From Glaucostegus cemiculus (taxonomy: Eukaryota), in contig CDPCPM010000091.1 of NCBI GenBank assembly GCA_976551045.1, positions 1,860,001 to 1,924,000 of the forward strand: a stretch of 64,000 nt of DNA. Reading direction: 5' to 3'. Made by a program: the position numbers and the translations under genes. The stretch's first letter is position 1; each line of letters opens with the position of its first letter. Below the pieces are notes generated by a model. It saw nothing but the letters and a program-made list of their open reading frames with translations. It was not told the origin of the DNA and did no database searches. Below are positions 21,908-35,100 of this stretch, piece after piece.

Positions 21908-22861
21908 CAATTAAGTCCACTAACTGCACCAATAAAACCTGGCAGTTCTCCATGCACCACACCCCTATCAACATCTTCTGTTGATCAGGGCTTATACCAA
22001 ACATAGGTTGTATTTTACCCTCGCTGACTTGTACTACACACTCACAGTTCATAGCTTACACTTACTCTGTGCTATCCATCCATTGCAAGCACACCCTGTA
22101 AACATATTGCATGACACTCACTGACATAATTTCCTTTCTCCTGTGGGAGGAGGCACAGCAACCAACTAGTGGGAGCAAGAGCAGTTGCATACCGTATCTT
22201 GGTTGGATAAGGCTGTACTCATCTTTGTGCTCAGCACCAAAGCTGCAAGGATGGTGATCTCCTCATACCAAATGATCCCTCTCTTATCCTCCTGGCCTTC
22301 ATACCACAATCACTTCTGACTGATGGGCTGCACATAGTGTACAGTTGCATCTTTTCCTTCACCCATCAGTACAGCCCTACCTTTCCTCCTTCCTACTGTC
22401 AGGTAGGCAAGGTCTGTAACCTGGAGGAGGGATGGTAAAAGAGTTAAGAAAGTGAAGGTGAGGAGGCACCAACATGGAGCATATGGGAATGTTTGCAAAA
22501 CTGTGTGGTCTCTTGGCCTGCTGATCTTGGGCATGAGAGAATGAAACAGAGCGCTACACAATGAGGGATTCTCCATTTACATACCAAGGGACTGCAAACT
22601 GAAAGATGTTACAATGATCTCCAGTTCCATTCTGGAAGGAGCTAGACATTTAAAATTTCATTGCCATTGGCATTGCCATCCTTGATCTGCTCTGAAGTAG
22701 CTTTTGTGTTGTGCTTTTCCAAATCCAGAATATTCGAGGCTTTGCTTTCTTTAAAGGGAAGTTACCTCTACTGCTTCATTTCTATCAGCTGGGATACCCC
22801 AGATATACCTCTATTTTTCTTCACTTGTTTAAGATTTCAAGTGTAATATTGGCCCACCAAT

Positions 22862-23630
22862 ATTTTCTTTAGCCATCCTTCAGTGTCAGGAAGACTTGCT
22901 TCCATTGCAGTTCTGAAGGTCATCATGAGATCCACAGACCCTGTTACAGGTATGGCAGGAGGTGCTCGATGGGAAAGGTGAGAGGTGGTTCATTTCTTCT
23001 GTCACTTCTGCTTAGCTTCTGTGTGCTCCCCATGAAGCGACTCAAGGTTTGTAGAGCCAACCTGAATGCTCCTTCTCCATTTGGAGCTGCTATGGGTCAG
23101 AGATTCCCATGAGTGAATGGAGATGTTATACTTCTTTAAAGGAACTTTGAGAACATTCTTGAATTGTTTCCTTTGTGCAATTGGTTATCTCCTGCAGTGA
23201 TGGAGCTCAGAGTAGATTACCTGTTTGGGGTTTCTGGTGTCAGGCACTTGACATTGTAGAGATCATTGGCGGAGACTGAGATGTGGATCCAGAAAAATAG
23301 AGAGTGACCAAAGTTTTTCAAAATTTTGTTGTGAACTTTGATTGTCAGGAGCAGTGCTATGCAGAGGAGGGAAGGAGCCAGATGCTCTTTGTTTTGTAGT
23401 GTTAACTATAAGACCCATTCTCTCATATACTTTAGTAAACAAGTCAACAATGACTTGGAGATCAACCTTCTAACATGTACAAGTTCAAGAGTTGTCTGTG
23501 AACTGCAGTTTGATGACAGAGATTGAAGTGACCTTGGTTCTGGAGAGACTGTTGGTTGAATAGTTTCTCATTTGTCCAGTAGATTAACTCCACTCCAGCT
23601 GGAAGTTTGTAAAGTGTGAGGTGCAGTAAG
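22862..23630 (-). mobile_element. Old RTE (BovB-like) LINE fragment with internal deletions
   Basis: Minus-strand peptides LHLTLYKLPAGVELIYWTNEKLFN and PDTRNPKQVIYSELHHCRR*..QRKQFKNVLKVPLKKYNISIHSWESLTHSSSKWRRSIQ. Confidence 0.8.
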
Positions 23631-25779
23631 TGTTGAGGGTTAATATGTTTAAGGTTTAATGTTTATTGTTGGTCCAGTAATACCACAGAAGTTGCACATG
23701 TACCATGTTACCAGAGCCAGATGGATCTAATTGTTTTTGGGATATTTCATTGGTTTGGCAAATGCTGCCACATCATCAATGGTCCAGAAAGAATTCTGTT
23801 TCACAGTAAAGAACCTAACTATTTCCATGATAAAAATAAATGCAAGTCATCAAAATATGTCATTATCTGTCCCTCGTTTAACTATTATATTTGTCGTAGA
23901 CATATTCAGGCTTTATCCAACTTAATTTCAGACTTATTTCTTATTATTTAACAAAAAAAAGATAGAGCCATTCCTTTTGTGAATTATAATGGAAAACAGG
24001 TGCCTCCAATTGATAACATGTTCAACAAATGGCAGCAAAATGGCATTACTCACTGTGTATAAGCAGCAAATCACCATTCAGTATCACTCAATTTTAATGT
24101 TAAATAAAAATTACTGTTACCTCGCAAATATTTTCCACATACATTATATATGTTTAATATGCATGTTATATAGCTTACATGCATGCCTTTCCTTTTTCCA
24201 AACAAACTGATCATAGAACAATGATCATAAGTGAGTTACAATCAATTTACAAAGAGATACTTTGAAACATAAGACCTAATTTCTCAATTCCAGTGCCATT
24301 TAGTTCAATGGGACATTGCCCCTTTGGGAAGAGTGAAATAATAAAGAAGGGTTCAGAAAAAAATATATGAATAAGAAATACATTTAGATTTACATTCATG
24401 GATTAATGTTCTGAGCCAAATCACAAAACAGGAGGAATTTTAGAACGAAAACGTGCATGCATCTAATAGCATCTGCTTCTGCTTTCACTGAAAATAACAA
24501 GCACAAGAAATTTGCCCTTGGTGAGGAAATCTGCTGAGAAGCCATCTACTTGTCCTTTCTTCACCTTATTCCAGAATGTAACGCTTGCAGGTGATTTAAT
24601 GAATCTATCTTCCAGATCTGCCATGTGATCTGCCATTTCCACCTATGACTCTCTATGACTAACAATGTCTTGAAGAAAAATACAATGATAACCAAACAGT
24701 TGAGTCCCTCAGAGGTGATGATGATCATCAGTGAAGTATGTCCTGTTATGGACCAATGTGCTATTTCTACCATTATAACACTTTGTCCATCTATTTTCCA
24801 TATCATAGGGAACCTTCTCTGTAATGAATTTATACCAGTGTTGATGTTGAATACTATTTTTTATTTGTCTCTTTCTGTCATATTGAGTTTCAAGGTATGG
24901 ACTTAACGCTATGTCATCAGTGCAGGGCGTGGAGCTGCGATATTGAATAGCAGAAAGGACATGAGGGGCCAAGTGGTTTATTCTTACTTCTATTTCTTGT
25001 GTTCTTACATTCAATCAACATAACATAATATCTGCTGAAGAGGATGTCTAACACCGAGATATTGACAACACTGTGCAATAACCCCGTGTACCCTATTATA
25101 AAAGTGGATTTAGCTCATCTAAAAATGCAATTAGCAATGAGATACTGTGGGGGAAAAAGTTCTTTGCCCAGAAATCTTGTGAGTTCTGTATAATAAATCT
25201 TTTTGTGATGTCAATAACATGGCATCAAAAACAAAGACAACCGAAAGACAAGGTTTCTTTCAACTTGTTTGAGTGTGAATGTCGTTTGCCTTCACAGAGG
25301 CGTCAGGAAGGAAGAACCTGCCAACTATCAGGGACAGGAATCCCAAGCTTTGTGGAACCATCTGTTAAAGAACAAAAAAAAACCACACAAAACATAGAAA
25401 GTATTGTCAGGACAACTTCCATGAATTGCTAAATATTTTGAGGAGTGTAGCGATTAAGAACGTAAAACAGTCTCAAGTCAAAGCAAGGATAAAAACAAGT
25501 AAAAATATCCATAAGTCTGAGTGTTATGCATTATCCTCTGGGCAGTGAATTGTAGTTCAGGTTGAATTAATCAGTACATAGAATCCAAAGGGATTGATCA
25601 ATTCAGCCCCTTTGCAGATGACCTGGGACTGGGGTTTATTCGATCTGGGTCAAGTACTTGTAGCGTAGGGGGAAAAATAAACTAGCATCACCCACGTGCA
25701 ATAATTACATCTCCTTGCTAATATTAATATAAACTTTCTCTCCGATCTCTGCTTTTTTCTCCATTCCCTTCAATCTAGA

Positions 25780-26085
25780 CCTCAGTTCAGATTCAGTCAT
25801 GGTAGCTGTGAATTTAAAATTGGTTAATAATGTGGAATTTTTAAAAATAGCCATAATTAATGAAATTGACAAAGTTATTGCAATGTTGCACAACCCCACC
25901 TGGTTCCCCAATATCCTTCAGGTGAGGAAATCTGTCATCCTTACCTTGTCTTCCCTTTATGTGACTCCATACCCACCAATGTAGTTGACCCATAAATGTT
26001 CTCTTAAGTGACTTGGAAAGCTGTTCAGTTCAAGGGCAATTTGGGTGATAAATGCTGGCCAGTGACACCTAGATCCTAAATGACT
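25780..26085 (+). mobile_element. SINE-like interspersed repeat, family unassigned (second copy at 38565-38890)
   Basis: Shared blocks CCACCTGGTTC..AATATCCTTCAGG..GGAAATCTGTCATCCTTACC..GACTCCA..CAATGTAGTTGAC..TCAGTTCAAGGGCAA..GCCAGTGACA. Confidence 0.65.
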
Positions 26086-27443
26086 GAGCATTTGCCCACC
26101 TTCTGATAGAATTCCAGGTGTTCAGTATTACTCAATGCTATTTACTATTCAGGTTAAGGAAATAATTTTTTCTTGTCTTCCTCTTAAAAGACTGATAATA
26201 TTGATCATCAATGCACAAAAGGGAAAAGGGCACATTTATGAATAATGTAAAAGAATCTATATTATGCCCAGCATATGCTGAGAAGGAATTACCCTGGAGA
26301 AGATTAGAGTCATAGAGTGAGATCATCCAACCAAGATTCCCAGCGGAGCTAGTCCCATTTGCCCGGATTTTCCAGAATTAATGTGAGGTAACATGCTCAC
26401 TAACTTAATTTACCTGACAAAAAAATTGCTTAGATAGAGATTTAATGAGAGAATTAAAAAAGAGAACATGCTTGATTCAACTGGAATGTTTTATTATGTC
26501 CTTGAAATTTAGAAACATAGAAACATAGAAGAACTACAGCACAATTCAGGCCCTTCAGCCCACAAAGCTGTGCCAAACATGTCCCTACCCTAGAAATTAC
26601 TAGGCTTACCCACAGCCCTCTATTTTACTCAGCTCCCTGGACCTATCTAACAGTCTCTTGAAAGACCCTATCGTATTCACCTCCACCACCGTTTCCGGCA
26701 GCCCATTCCACACACTCACCACTCTATGAGTAAAAAACTTACCCCTGACATTTCCTCTATACCTACTCCCCAGCACCTTAAACCTATGTCCTCATGTGGC
26801 CACAATTTCAGCCTTGGGGAAAAGCCTCTGACTATCTACCTGATCAATACCTCTCATCATCTTATACACCTCTCTCATCCTCCGTCTTTCCAAGGAGAAA
26901 AGGCCGAGTTCCCTCAACCTGCTTTCATAAGACATGCTCCGCATTCCAGGCAGCATCCTTGTAAATCTCCTCTGCACCCTCTCTGTGGCTTCCACATTTT
27001 TCCTGTAACGAGACGACCAAAGCTGAGCACAATACTCCAAGTGGGGTCTGGCCAGGGACCTATATAGCTGCAACAATACCTCTCAGCTCCTAAATTCAAT
27101 TCCCCAATTGATGAAGGACAATGCACCATATGCCTTCTTAACCACAGAGTCAACTTGCGCAGCCGCTTCAAGCATCCTATGGACTCGGACCCCAAGATCC
27201 CTCTGATCCTCCACACTGTCAAGAGTCCTACCATTAATACTATATTCGCCAACATATTCGACCTGCCAAAATGAACCACTTCGCATTTATCTGGTTTGAA
27301 CTGCATCTGTCACTTCTCAGCCCAACTCTGCATCCTATCTATGTCCCTATGTAACCTCTGACAGCCCTCCAAACTACCCACAACACCACCAACCTTTATG
27401 TCATCTGCAAACTTACTAACCCACCCCTCCACTTCCTCATCCA

Positions 27444-28519
27444 GAATCAGAATCAGTTTTTAATGTCACAACCATATACACACACAGTATGCATAGGAGC
27501 GAGATACCGTACTCCACAGGTGCATGTCACATTAAATATTAAACAGAAGAGACACACAGACAGAAAGACACTGAAAAACATTAGAACCACAAAAATTAAA
27601 TTAAATTATGCAACTTAAATAAATAGTCTTAAAATGAGCGAACTGGCAGCGGACATTTAAAGTGCTGGTGCGTTTCTGTATGCCTAGCATCCTTTACTGT
27701 TGGCAGGAGAGATGGAAGGTTGAGAGAGTTCACAGATCTAATGGCTTGTGGGAAGAAACTATTACACAGCCTGGTTGTTCTCGCCTTGATGCATTTGAGC
27801 CTTCTTCCAGACAGCAAGAGTGTGAAGAGATGATGGGAGGGGTGAGAAGGATCCAACATTATATTTTTGGCCTTCCTAACACATCGGTCCTTGTATATGT
27901 CTGCAATGGAGGGAAGGGAGACACCTATGATCTTCTCCACTGCCCTCACTATCCTCTGTAGGGACTTCCATCCAGCAGCTGAGCAGCTCCCAAACCAGTC
28001 AGTGAAGCAGTGAGTTAGGATGCTCTCGATAGTCCCTCTATAAAATGTTTTCATTACCGAGGGATGGGAGTTCACTTTCCTCAGTCTCCGCAGGAAGTAG
28101 AGACGTTTCTGGCCTTTCTCAGTGAGGGCGGTGGTGTTAGTGGACCAGGTCAGGTCATCAGTGATGTGCACCCCCAGGAACTTGGTACTGCCTACTTGTT
28201 CTACCGCAGTCCCGTTGATGGTCAGAGGGGCGTGCACACGGTGACCTCTCCTGAAATCCACTATCATTTCCTTTGTTTTTTCCATATTCAAGGAGAGGTT
28301 ATTGTTTCTGCACCACATGGCCAGTTGCTTCACCTCTTCTCTGTAGTCCGACTCATCGCTGTTTGTGACGAGACCCACCACTGTCGTGTCATCAACAAAC
28401 TTAACAATGTGGTTAGAGCTGGATCTGGCCATGCAGTCGTGAGTCAACAAGGTGAACAGGAGCGGGCTGAGCACACAACCCTGAGGGGAGCCAGTGCTCA
28501 GTGTGATGGTGCTCGAGGT
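27444..28519 (-). mobile_element. 5'-truncated Rex1/Babar-clade LINE nested in the CR1 RT
   Basis: Uninterrupted 296-aa RT C-half (GSPQGCVLSPLLFTLLTHDC, KFVDDTTVVGL, KTKEMIVDFRR, KFLGVHITDDLTW, RLYFLRRLRK, DPSHPSHHLF, NSFFPQAIR), (CTGATT)2 tail at 27444-27456, and TSD ATCCA at 27439-27443 and 28520-28524. Confidence 0.92.
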
Positions 28520-29173
28520 ATCCAAGTCGTTTATAAAAATCACAAAGAGTAAGGGTCCCAGTACAGATCCCTGAGGTACACCACTGGTCACTGACCTCCA
28601 CTCAGAATACGACCCTTCAACAACCACTCTTTGCCTTCTGTGGGCCAGCCAGTTCTGGATCCACACCACAATGTCCCCTTGGATCCCATGTCTCCTCACC
28701 TCCATAAGCCTTGCATAGGGTACCTTATCAAACACCTTGCTGCAATCCATATACACTACATCTACTACTCTCCCTTCATCGATGTGTTTAGTCAGATCCT
28801 CAAAAAATTCAATCAGGATTGTAAGGCAGGAAATGCCCTTGACAAAGCCATGCTGACTATTCCTAATCATATTATACCTCTCCAAATGTTCATAAATCTT
28901 GCCTCTCATGATCTTCTCCATCAGCTTACCAACCACTGAGGTAAGGCTCACCGGTCTATAATTCCCTGGGCTATCCCTACTCCCCTTCTTGAATAAGGGA
29001 ACAACATCCGCAACCCTCCAATCTTGCGGAACCTCTCCCGCCTCCATCGACAATGCAAAGATCGTCAGAGGCTCCGCAATCTCCTCCCTCACCTCCCACA
29101 GCAACCTGGGGTACATCTCATCCGGTCCTGACGAACTACCTAACTTGATGCTTTCCAAAAGTTTCAGCACCAC
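27629..29173 (-). other. 514-codon chimeric ORF: 218 aa CR1 RT N-half fused in frame to 296 aa Rex1/Babar RT C-half; no evidence of expression
   Basis: From the ORF track. Junction ...GVPQGSVLGPLLFVIFINDLD|TSSTITLSTGSPQGCVLSPLL... lies at 28520/28519. Confidence 0.85.
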
Positions 29174-32100
29174 CTCTTTTCTAATATCTACATGCTCAAG
29201 CTTTTCAAGCCGCTGCTAGTCCCCACTACAATCCCCCAGATCTTTTTGCATAGTGAATACTGACATAAAGTATTCATTAAGTACCTCCGTTATTTCTTCT
29301 GGATCCATACACACTTTCCCTTTGCTGCACCTGATAGGCCCTATTCTTTTGCATCTGATCCTCTTACTCTTCACATACTTGTAGAACACCTTGGGGTTTT
29401 CCTTTATTCTGCCCGCCAAGGCCTTCTCATGTCCCCTTCTGGCTCTCCTAATCTCTTTCTTAAGTTCCTTCCTTTTAGCCTTGTACTCTTCCAGATCTCT
29501 AAAATTACCTAGCTCTCTGTACCTTTTGTATGCTTTCCTTTTGACTAAATTTATTATGGGCTTCGTATACCACAGTTCCTGTATCCTCTCATGACTTCCC
29601 TGTCTCATCGGAACATGTCTATGCAGAACTCTACACAAATACCCACTGAATATTTGCCACATATCTTCCGCACTTTTCCTAGAGAACATCTGTTCCCAAT
29701 TTAATCTTCCAATTTTCTGCCTGAGAGGCTCATAATTCCCTTTACTCCAAGTAAACATCATTCTAGTGTGTCTGTTCCTACCGCTCTCCAGTGCTAACGT
29801 AAAAGAGATAGAATTATTATCACTATCACCAAAATGTTCACCCACTGAGAGATCTGACACTTGACCAGGTTCATTTCCCAATATCAACTCAAGCACAGCC
29901 TCTCCTCTTGTAGGTCTATCTACATACTATGTCAAGAACCCTTCCTGAATACACCTAACAAACTCCACCCCATCTAAACCCCTCACTGTCTGGAGATGCC
30001 AGTCAATGCTTGGGAAATTTATAAACTCAGATTAACATTTGAGGAACTATTTCTTTTAAAACAGCTTTCAGTCACAGTAGCCAAGAATTCTCCAAAGGTT
30101 TCAATTTTACTGCTTTTGTTTCAACGTGACTACTTTCAACAATGTCGAAGCCAAAGAAGGCAAGGGGAACATGACTGGGATCATTAGCAGACAGCCAATT
30201 GTCTTGGAAACAAAGTCAAGTTACTCAGAAAACACTCTATTTAAATTGCAGCAGAAACTAGAGCAACTTCTCCTGATAAAAGTAGATAATCTCTCCCAAA
30301 AGATGCAGGGAATGGAAGATGATTTCATTACACACAAATTATATTTGAGAAATCAGTCTCAGTCCCCTACACAAAGCAGTGCCATCCCCAACCTTGATCG
30401 ACAGAAGAATTATTCAGTCATCCCCACTCCATCTAGGAATAGCTTTGTCACCATATGCAGTCTTTATTTATATACACAGTCTGCAAGGGAATGGTTAAAA
30501 TGATCCCCAACTCTCTCTCCTCATTTGGTTAAAATCAATGCATGATTTCCAATTTTCAATGCTGTGAGTGACTGATTCATGAAAGGATACCCTGAACTAT
30601 TGAAGTATGGTTTGTCAATCAGATTTTATTTGCAATTGTGGTATTTATTATGATGTATTTTAGGTTCCAAACTGTACATACCACTCTTGTTTCTTCCAGG
30701 CTCAACGTACTAATACACAAATGAAACCTGCTGTGTTCAATTAAGCTCAGGAAAGGGCATTCAAAATTAATAATGTCTTATCCTGTCAGCACAAGGCATG
30801 TCTTTGCAAAATAAATTCCATGATTTTCATTCTGGTCCTGGTTGGAGTTGAATTGATTTTATCGTTTTATTTATGTTGCATTTTGAACAAATTTGAAGTC
30901 CAATGCAAATAGTATTTTGTTCTGTTTCTCCAATAGTTCAAGAAGCTGAAATGAAAGATTTAACACTTAGATGGGATGTATTTCTTCCACAGGATGTGCT
31001 ATAAGACTTCAAGAGTCCAAAAGTTTAAAAGGGTTTTATTTTTAAGTTTCCACAGCTGCTAATCTTCTCCCATAACTACCCCGTTTTTTGTTTCAATAAT
31101 ATCTCAATGTGGTAATGAATCAAACTGGTGTGTTCTCCCGCTACTGTAGCTGGTGAATAGTTATTTATTTTGCTTTTTTTTCTAGTTAGATTGAGTGACT
31201 ATTCATCTTTTTTAGTTAAGAGCAGCTTGTCCTGTCAGTTGAAGTAATCCAAGCACCATTGGGGGCAAGGATACAACTGAAAAGCTTTTTCTGGTTTTTG
31301 GTCTCAGTGGCAGATCTTCCATAAAACTGTCCCAGGACGTGTTGAGATACCTTTATGTATGTTCTTTAAGATTTCTGTGCATTGAAAGGAAAAGGGTGTG
31401 GATTAATTTTCATGGGGCTTACAGAGACTCAGGCACTGTGCTGTCTTCTTGGATCAATGTAAACATGAGTAAATCCTTTGTATTTCTAATCTAAACTAGC
31501 CATTTGAAGCTTGAAGTTTTCTTGAATTAATACTATGCTAAACAAATGTATTAGGATTATGGCTGCAGGGTAAAACAGGTTAAAGCTTAGTGGAGCTAGA
31601 ATTAACGGATGGTAACTATTATTTCGAGCTAGCATGGATACAGATAATATATGTTAATAGAAAACAGTAAAAACAAACAATATCCCAAGCAACCAGGCAT
31701 GGGAAGAAAAGGACGGAGAAATAATATGTCAAATCAGGCAAAAAGGAATTCTTGTGGTACCTCAGCCTCTTGTCATGAACTCCTATTGATATATCCTTAT
31801 GCATTCATTTCTAACAACACTGTAACTATACTGCTGTACTGCTTGCATCCTAGCTTAAATGATAAAATTCCTCTAGTCCACACAAACTTTTGATGTTGGT
31901 GCTAATATTTACAATTATGGGAATGAAGGAAAATACAGTCAAAGCTTCTAAAAGCAAGGTTAGCAGATTGAGCAGAGCAGCCTGAAGCAATCTAGAAGTG
32001 GAAATATTCTGATTTTTGAAAGCAGAAGAAGTGGGTTAGATTGATTGAGAACCTTACTGAGCACACTGGCACTTTCACCTTCCTGAAAATTTGGAGGAAT

Positions 32101-35100
32101 AAAACCGAAGTGTTGCCTGAACTAAAGACTGACTCAGTTGTTAATTTGTTTTGTAATTTTACAGGATAGAGTATAAAAATATAGCTGAGAGAAAGGCTGA
32201 ATGACCTTTGTGTTTTTTGATAACCTTAATTTTTTTCTTGAAGTATTAGATTGTACCACAGCATTTGATTATAATTTAAGACCAGTTCTATATAAAAACT
32301 TGCCACTTTTTAAATGTAATGGAGGATTTCAGGACATTGTATTTTTACTTTCATTATATAGAATCTGCAACGTTGGCTAGATTGTGTGACAAGGGGAAGA
32401 CTTCTAGCATCCCTGTGATGTAAGTCTTCAATGCTTTGGTATATGATGACTAAAAGAATAGATGTACAAGGAAATTATCTGGAAGGAAATTATTTTCAGC
32501 CTGATGCCAGCTTAGGAACAATTTATTCATCCTGATCTTTATGGTAGTTTTAAAATGCTTTCTGTTCCTCAGAAGATGGCATTGTAAGACTATCTAAACA
32601 GCTGCCAAAGCTTGAAAAAATGAAATTATCACATTATTAGTGCCATTATATCAAGGACAGCAATGAATTTGCTGCACAATTTGCACAAGACTTAAAAGAA
32701 AAGCTGGAATGCCTTGTGGCAACAGTTTCTGCTGAAGTCTGCCCTCAGTGCTCATTCTAACACCTCCAAAGTTTGCTTTCAGTGAATGCATGGAGTTTCA
32801 GGAAGTATGCAGCAGGAAAGAATGTACTCTTTTCCATCAGATATTATGGCTACTTATGAGGCAGTCACTTAAATGATACAGAATTCAAAGCCTAATGGGT
32901 ACCACACACTGGGTACCCTCTGAGGTACATTGGGTCAATGACTGGTGTCCTACATCCATGCTGATATAAAGAGTAAGCAGCTGTGGTTTCAGCACATCCA
33001 CTGCAAACCAATGTATTTTTTATCCTAAATATCTTCTATTTTCATCTTACAATAACATAATACCTCACCTTTTCTTTTGTAATATTATTCCTGTGTTCTT
33101 CTTAAGATAGTGAATTTGTTCTGAACATCCTTCAAGGTTCCCCAAATCATATAGCTGGCATTATCTTGTATTCTCCTGCTTTAAGCCTTTGCTGCGTTGT
33201 GGGAGATTGATCTCCCTAATCAAAAATGCTTTGCACCACTTCATTACTGTATCCACCAGCACTTTCAATACTTCATTAATAAGTTAATAGTTCCTCTGCT
33301 GCAACTCAAACATTTCCTTTGTTGCTTCGCCCCCTTAAGTTTATTACTTAACTTTTCGGCATTACCACTGGTGTTGGGTCATTGACTGATACAGTCCCAT
33401 AGGAGTCATCATTGTGGGTGTGTTATGATTTGTTGTAACCTTTTCATCATTGCTGATAAAATAACAGTATTTAAATATTTATACTCTGGTGGCTATTCAC
33501 TTATACATGGAGAAAAATATTAGGCGGTTGACAAGTGACTCTCTGAAATGAAATTTCCTTCCTTTAAGAACAATTTAAAATATCTTCCTGAACTAAAACT
33601 AAGAGATTCTCTGTAGCAATTCAATTCTAATACTCTTGTACAATTAAATAAATTCAAAGGACCTTAAATAATGTCCTAAACTAAAGGACAAGAAGAGGGA
33701 ATAGTTAGATAGACATGAAAAATGGTCTGAAGCCAACCCACACCTGGGTGATAGAATGATCTAGATGAGCTGAATGACCTCTCTTGTTCTTGTTATCATT
33801 TACATAGCAATTTCTCATGGTAATGATGCATTTACTGCTAATCAATCATAGTTGTTCATTTTCATTTTCAAAGGATGTGCAACATGTCTGGCTACAAATA
33901 ATATAATAAGAACAAATATTTGACCACTGTAATTGGAACCTCTCAAACATGTTACTGTTCTTTAAACACTCAATAATCCATGATTCTCTAATGCTATTTT
34001 TCATTTATGACCAATGGGTTATGCATGCTGTTAAACTGCAACAATGCAGTGGAAAAAAAACCAAGGACAAAATTCACATCAGTAAATACACATAATCCAG
34101 TGGTAGATGCTACTTTGAGAAATGATATAAAAGCAAAAACAAAATGAGATATAAATAGAAACCACAATTATCACTGACTTGAAATAAATACTTGTGGCAT
34201 AAGCATCATAAATTACTCATTTGCTATCCCATGTCATTCAGTGAGTAATTTTCTGTAGTCTACCACTTCCAGCCATATATCTTTTATATCTTTCATCCAA
34301 AAACAGTATCATGATCAATTTTAATCCTAAACAGTTATAAGTAGTTAAAAGTGGTTCTGTTTTGAGTGTATTTTAAAAATGACTCTGAATATAAGGTACA
34401 AAAATCATAAATGTACCTTCTAAACATAATATTTACCTTCTCTGTTTTTTATCTTTTTTATTAGTATCTAGGGATCATGTTAGCTTGGACTTTTTGCTCT
34501 GTTAATGAGCACAATTATATATTCCATCTGGAGTCCATTAAATATGACTTTGATTGCTGGTTTTCCTACCATCATTACTGACTGCAAAAGCCAATTCCAT
34601 CCAAATTATCATATTCCCCCAGCTCAGTTACAAGTATTTTAAATATGTTTCACTGTCCTCCCACAGAGTTCCTTTCTCCCTGTGTGCACTCTGTAACCCT
34701 ATTTCCATATTTTATATATTTAGCAAATTCCTGGTAGGCTCATCTCCCAAATGATCCATTCTTGCAGGTGGCTTAAACAGGACAATTGATTGAATTAGGT
34801 GGAAAACAATTTCTAATGTAGAAAATACATCTCTTCAGTAGTACACTAGCATAAAGAGTAAGGTACTGGTGGCTTAGATCATTTCTGTAACTTAAAAAAT
34901 ATATGTCATGTATATTTAATGCAGAAGAGGAGGGAGCTAAACCTGCCAACAACTGAACTGTTTCAACAAGGAATCTCTTGTCTATTCTGTTTTACAATAT
35001 CTACTTTCATTAGCTTTGTTCATTGCATTCCCTCTCAATAGATGATTTATATTGAATAAACTGGACAATTTGAAGAGTGTGAGGGTTTTAATTAGCAGCA

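Larger units (their letters stand above)
21240..22600 (+). mobile_element. Degenerate PIF/Harbinger transposon remnant (limits uncertain)
   Basis: Contains the Myb/SANT-like coding remnant at 21700-21907 and is interrupted by a PLE fold-back at 21420-21600. Confidence 0.45.
26511..30020 (-). mobile_element. CR1 LINE, 5'-truncated in the endonuclease domain, same family as 548-3669, containing a nested Rex1/Babar copy
   Basis: Tail (TTTCTATG)2 at 26511-26530 and colinear with copy 1. CR1 sequence occupies 26511-27443 and 28520-30020. GAAATTTA at 26504-26511 and 30014-30021 is a candidate TSD. Confidence 0.95.

Noticed and set aside
27662-29594. Plus-strand ORFs opposite the CR1/Rex1 region
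   Set aside because: Antisense frames of LINE coding sequence.
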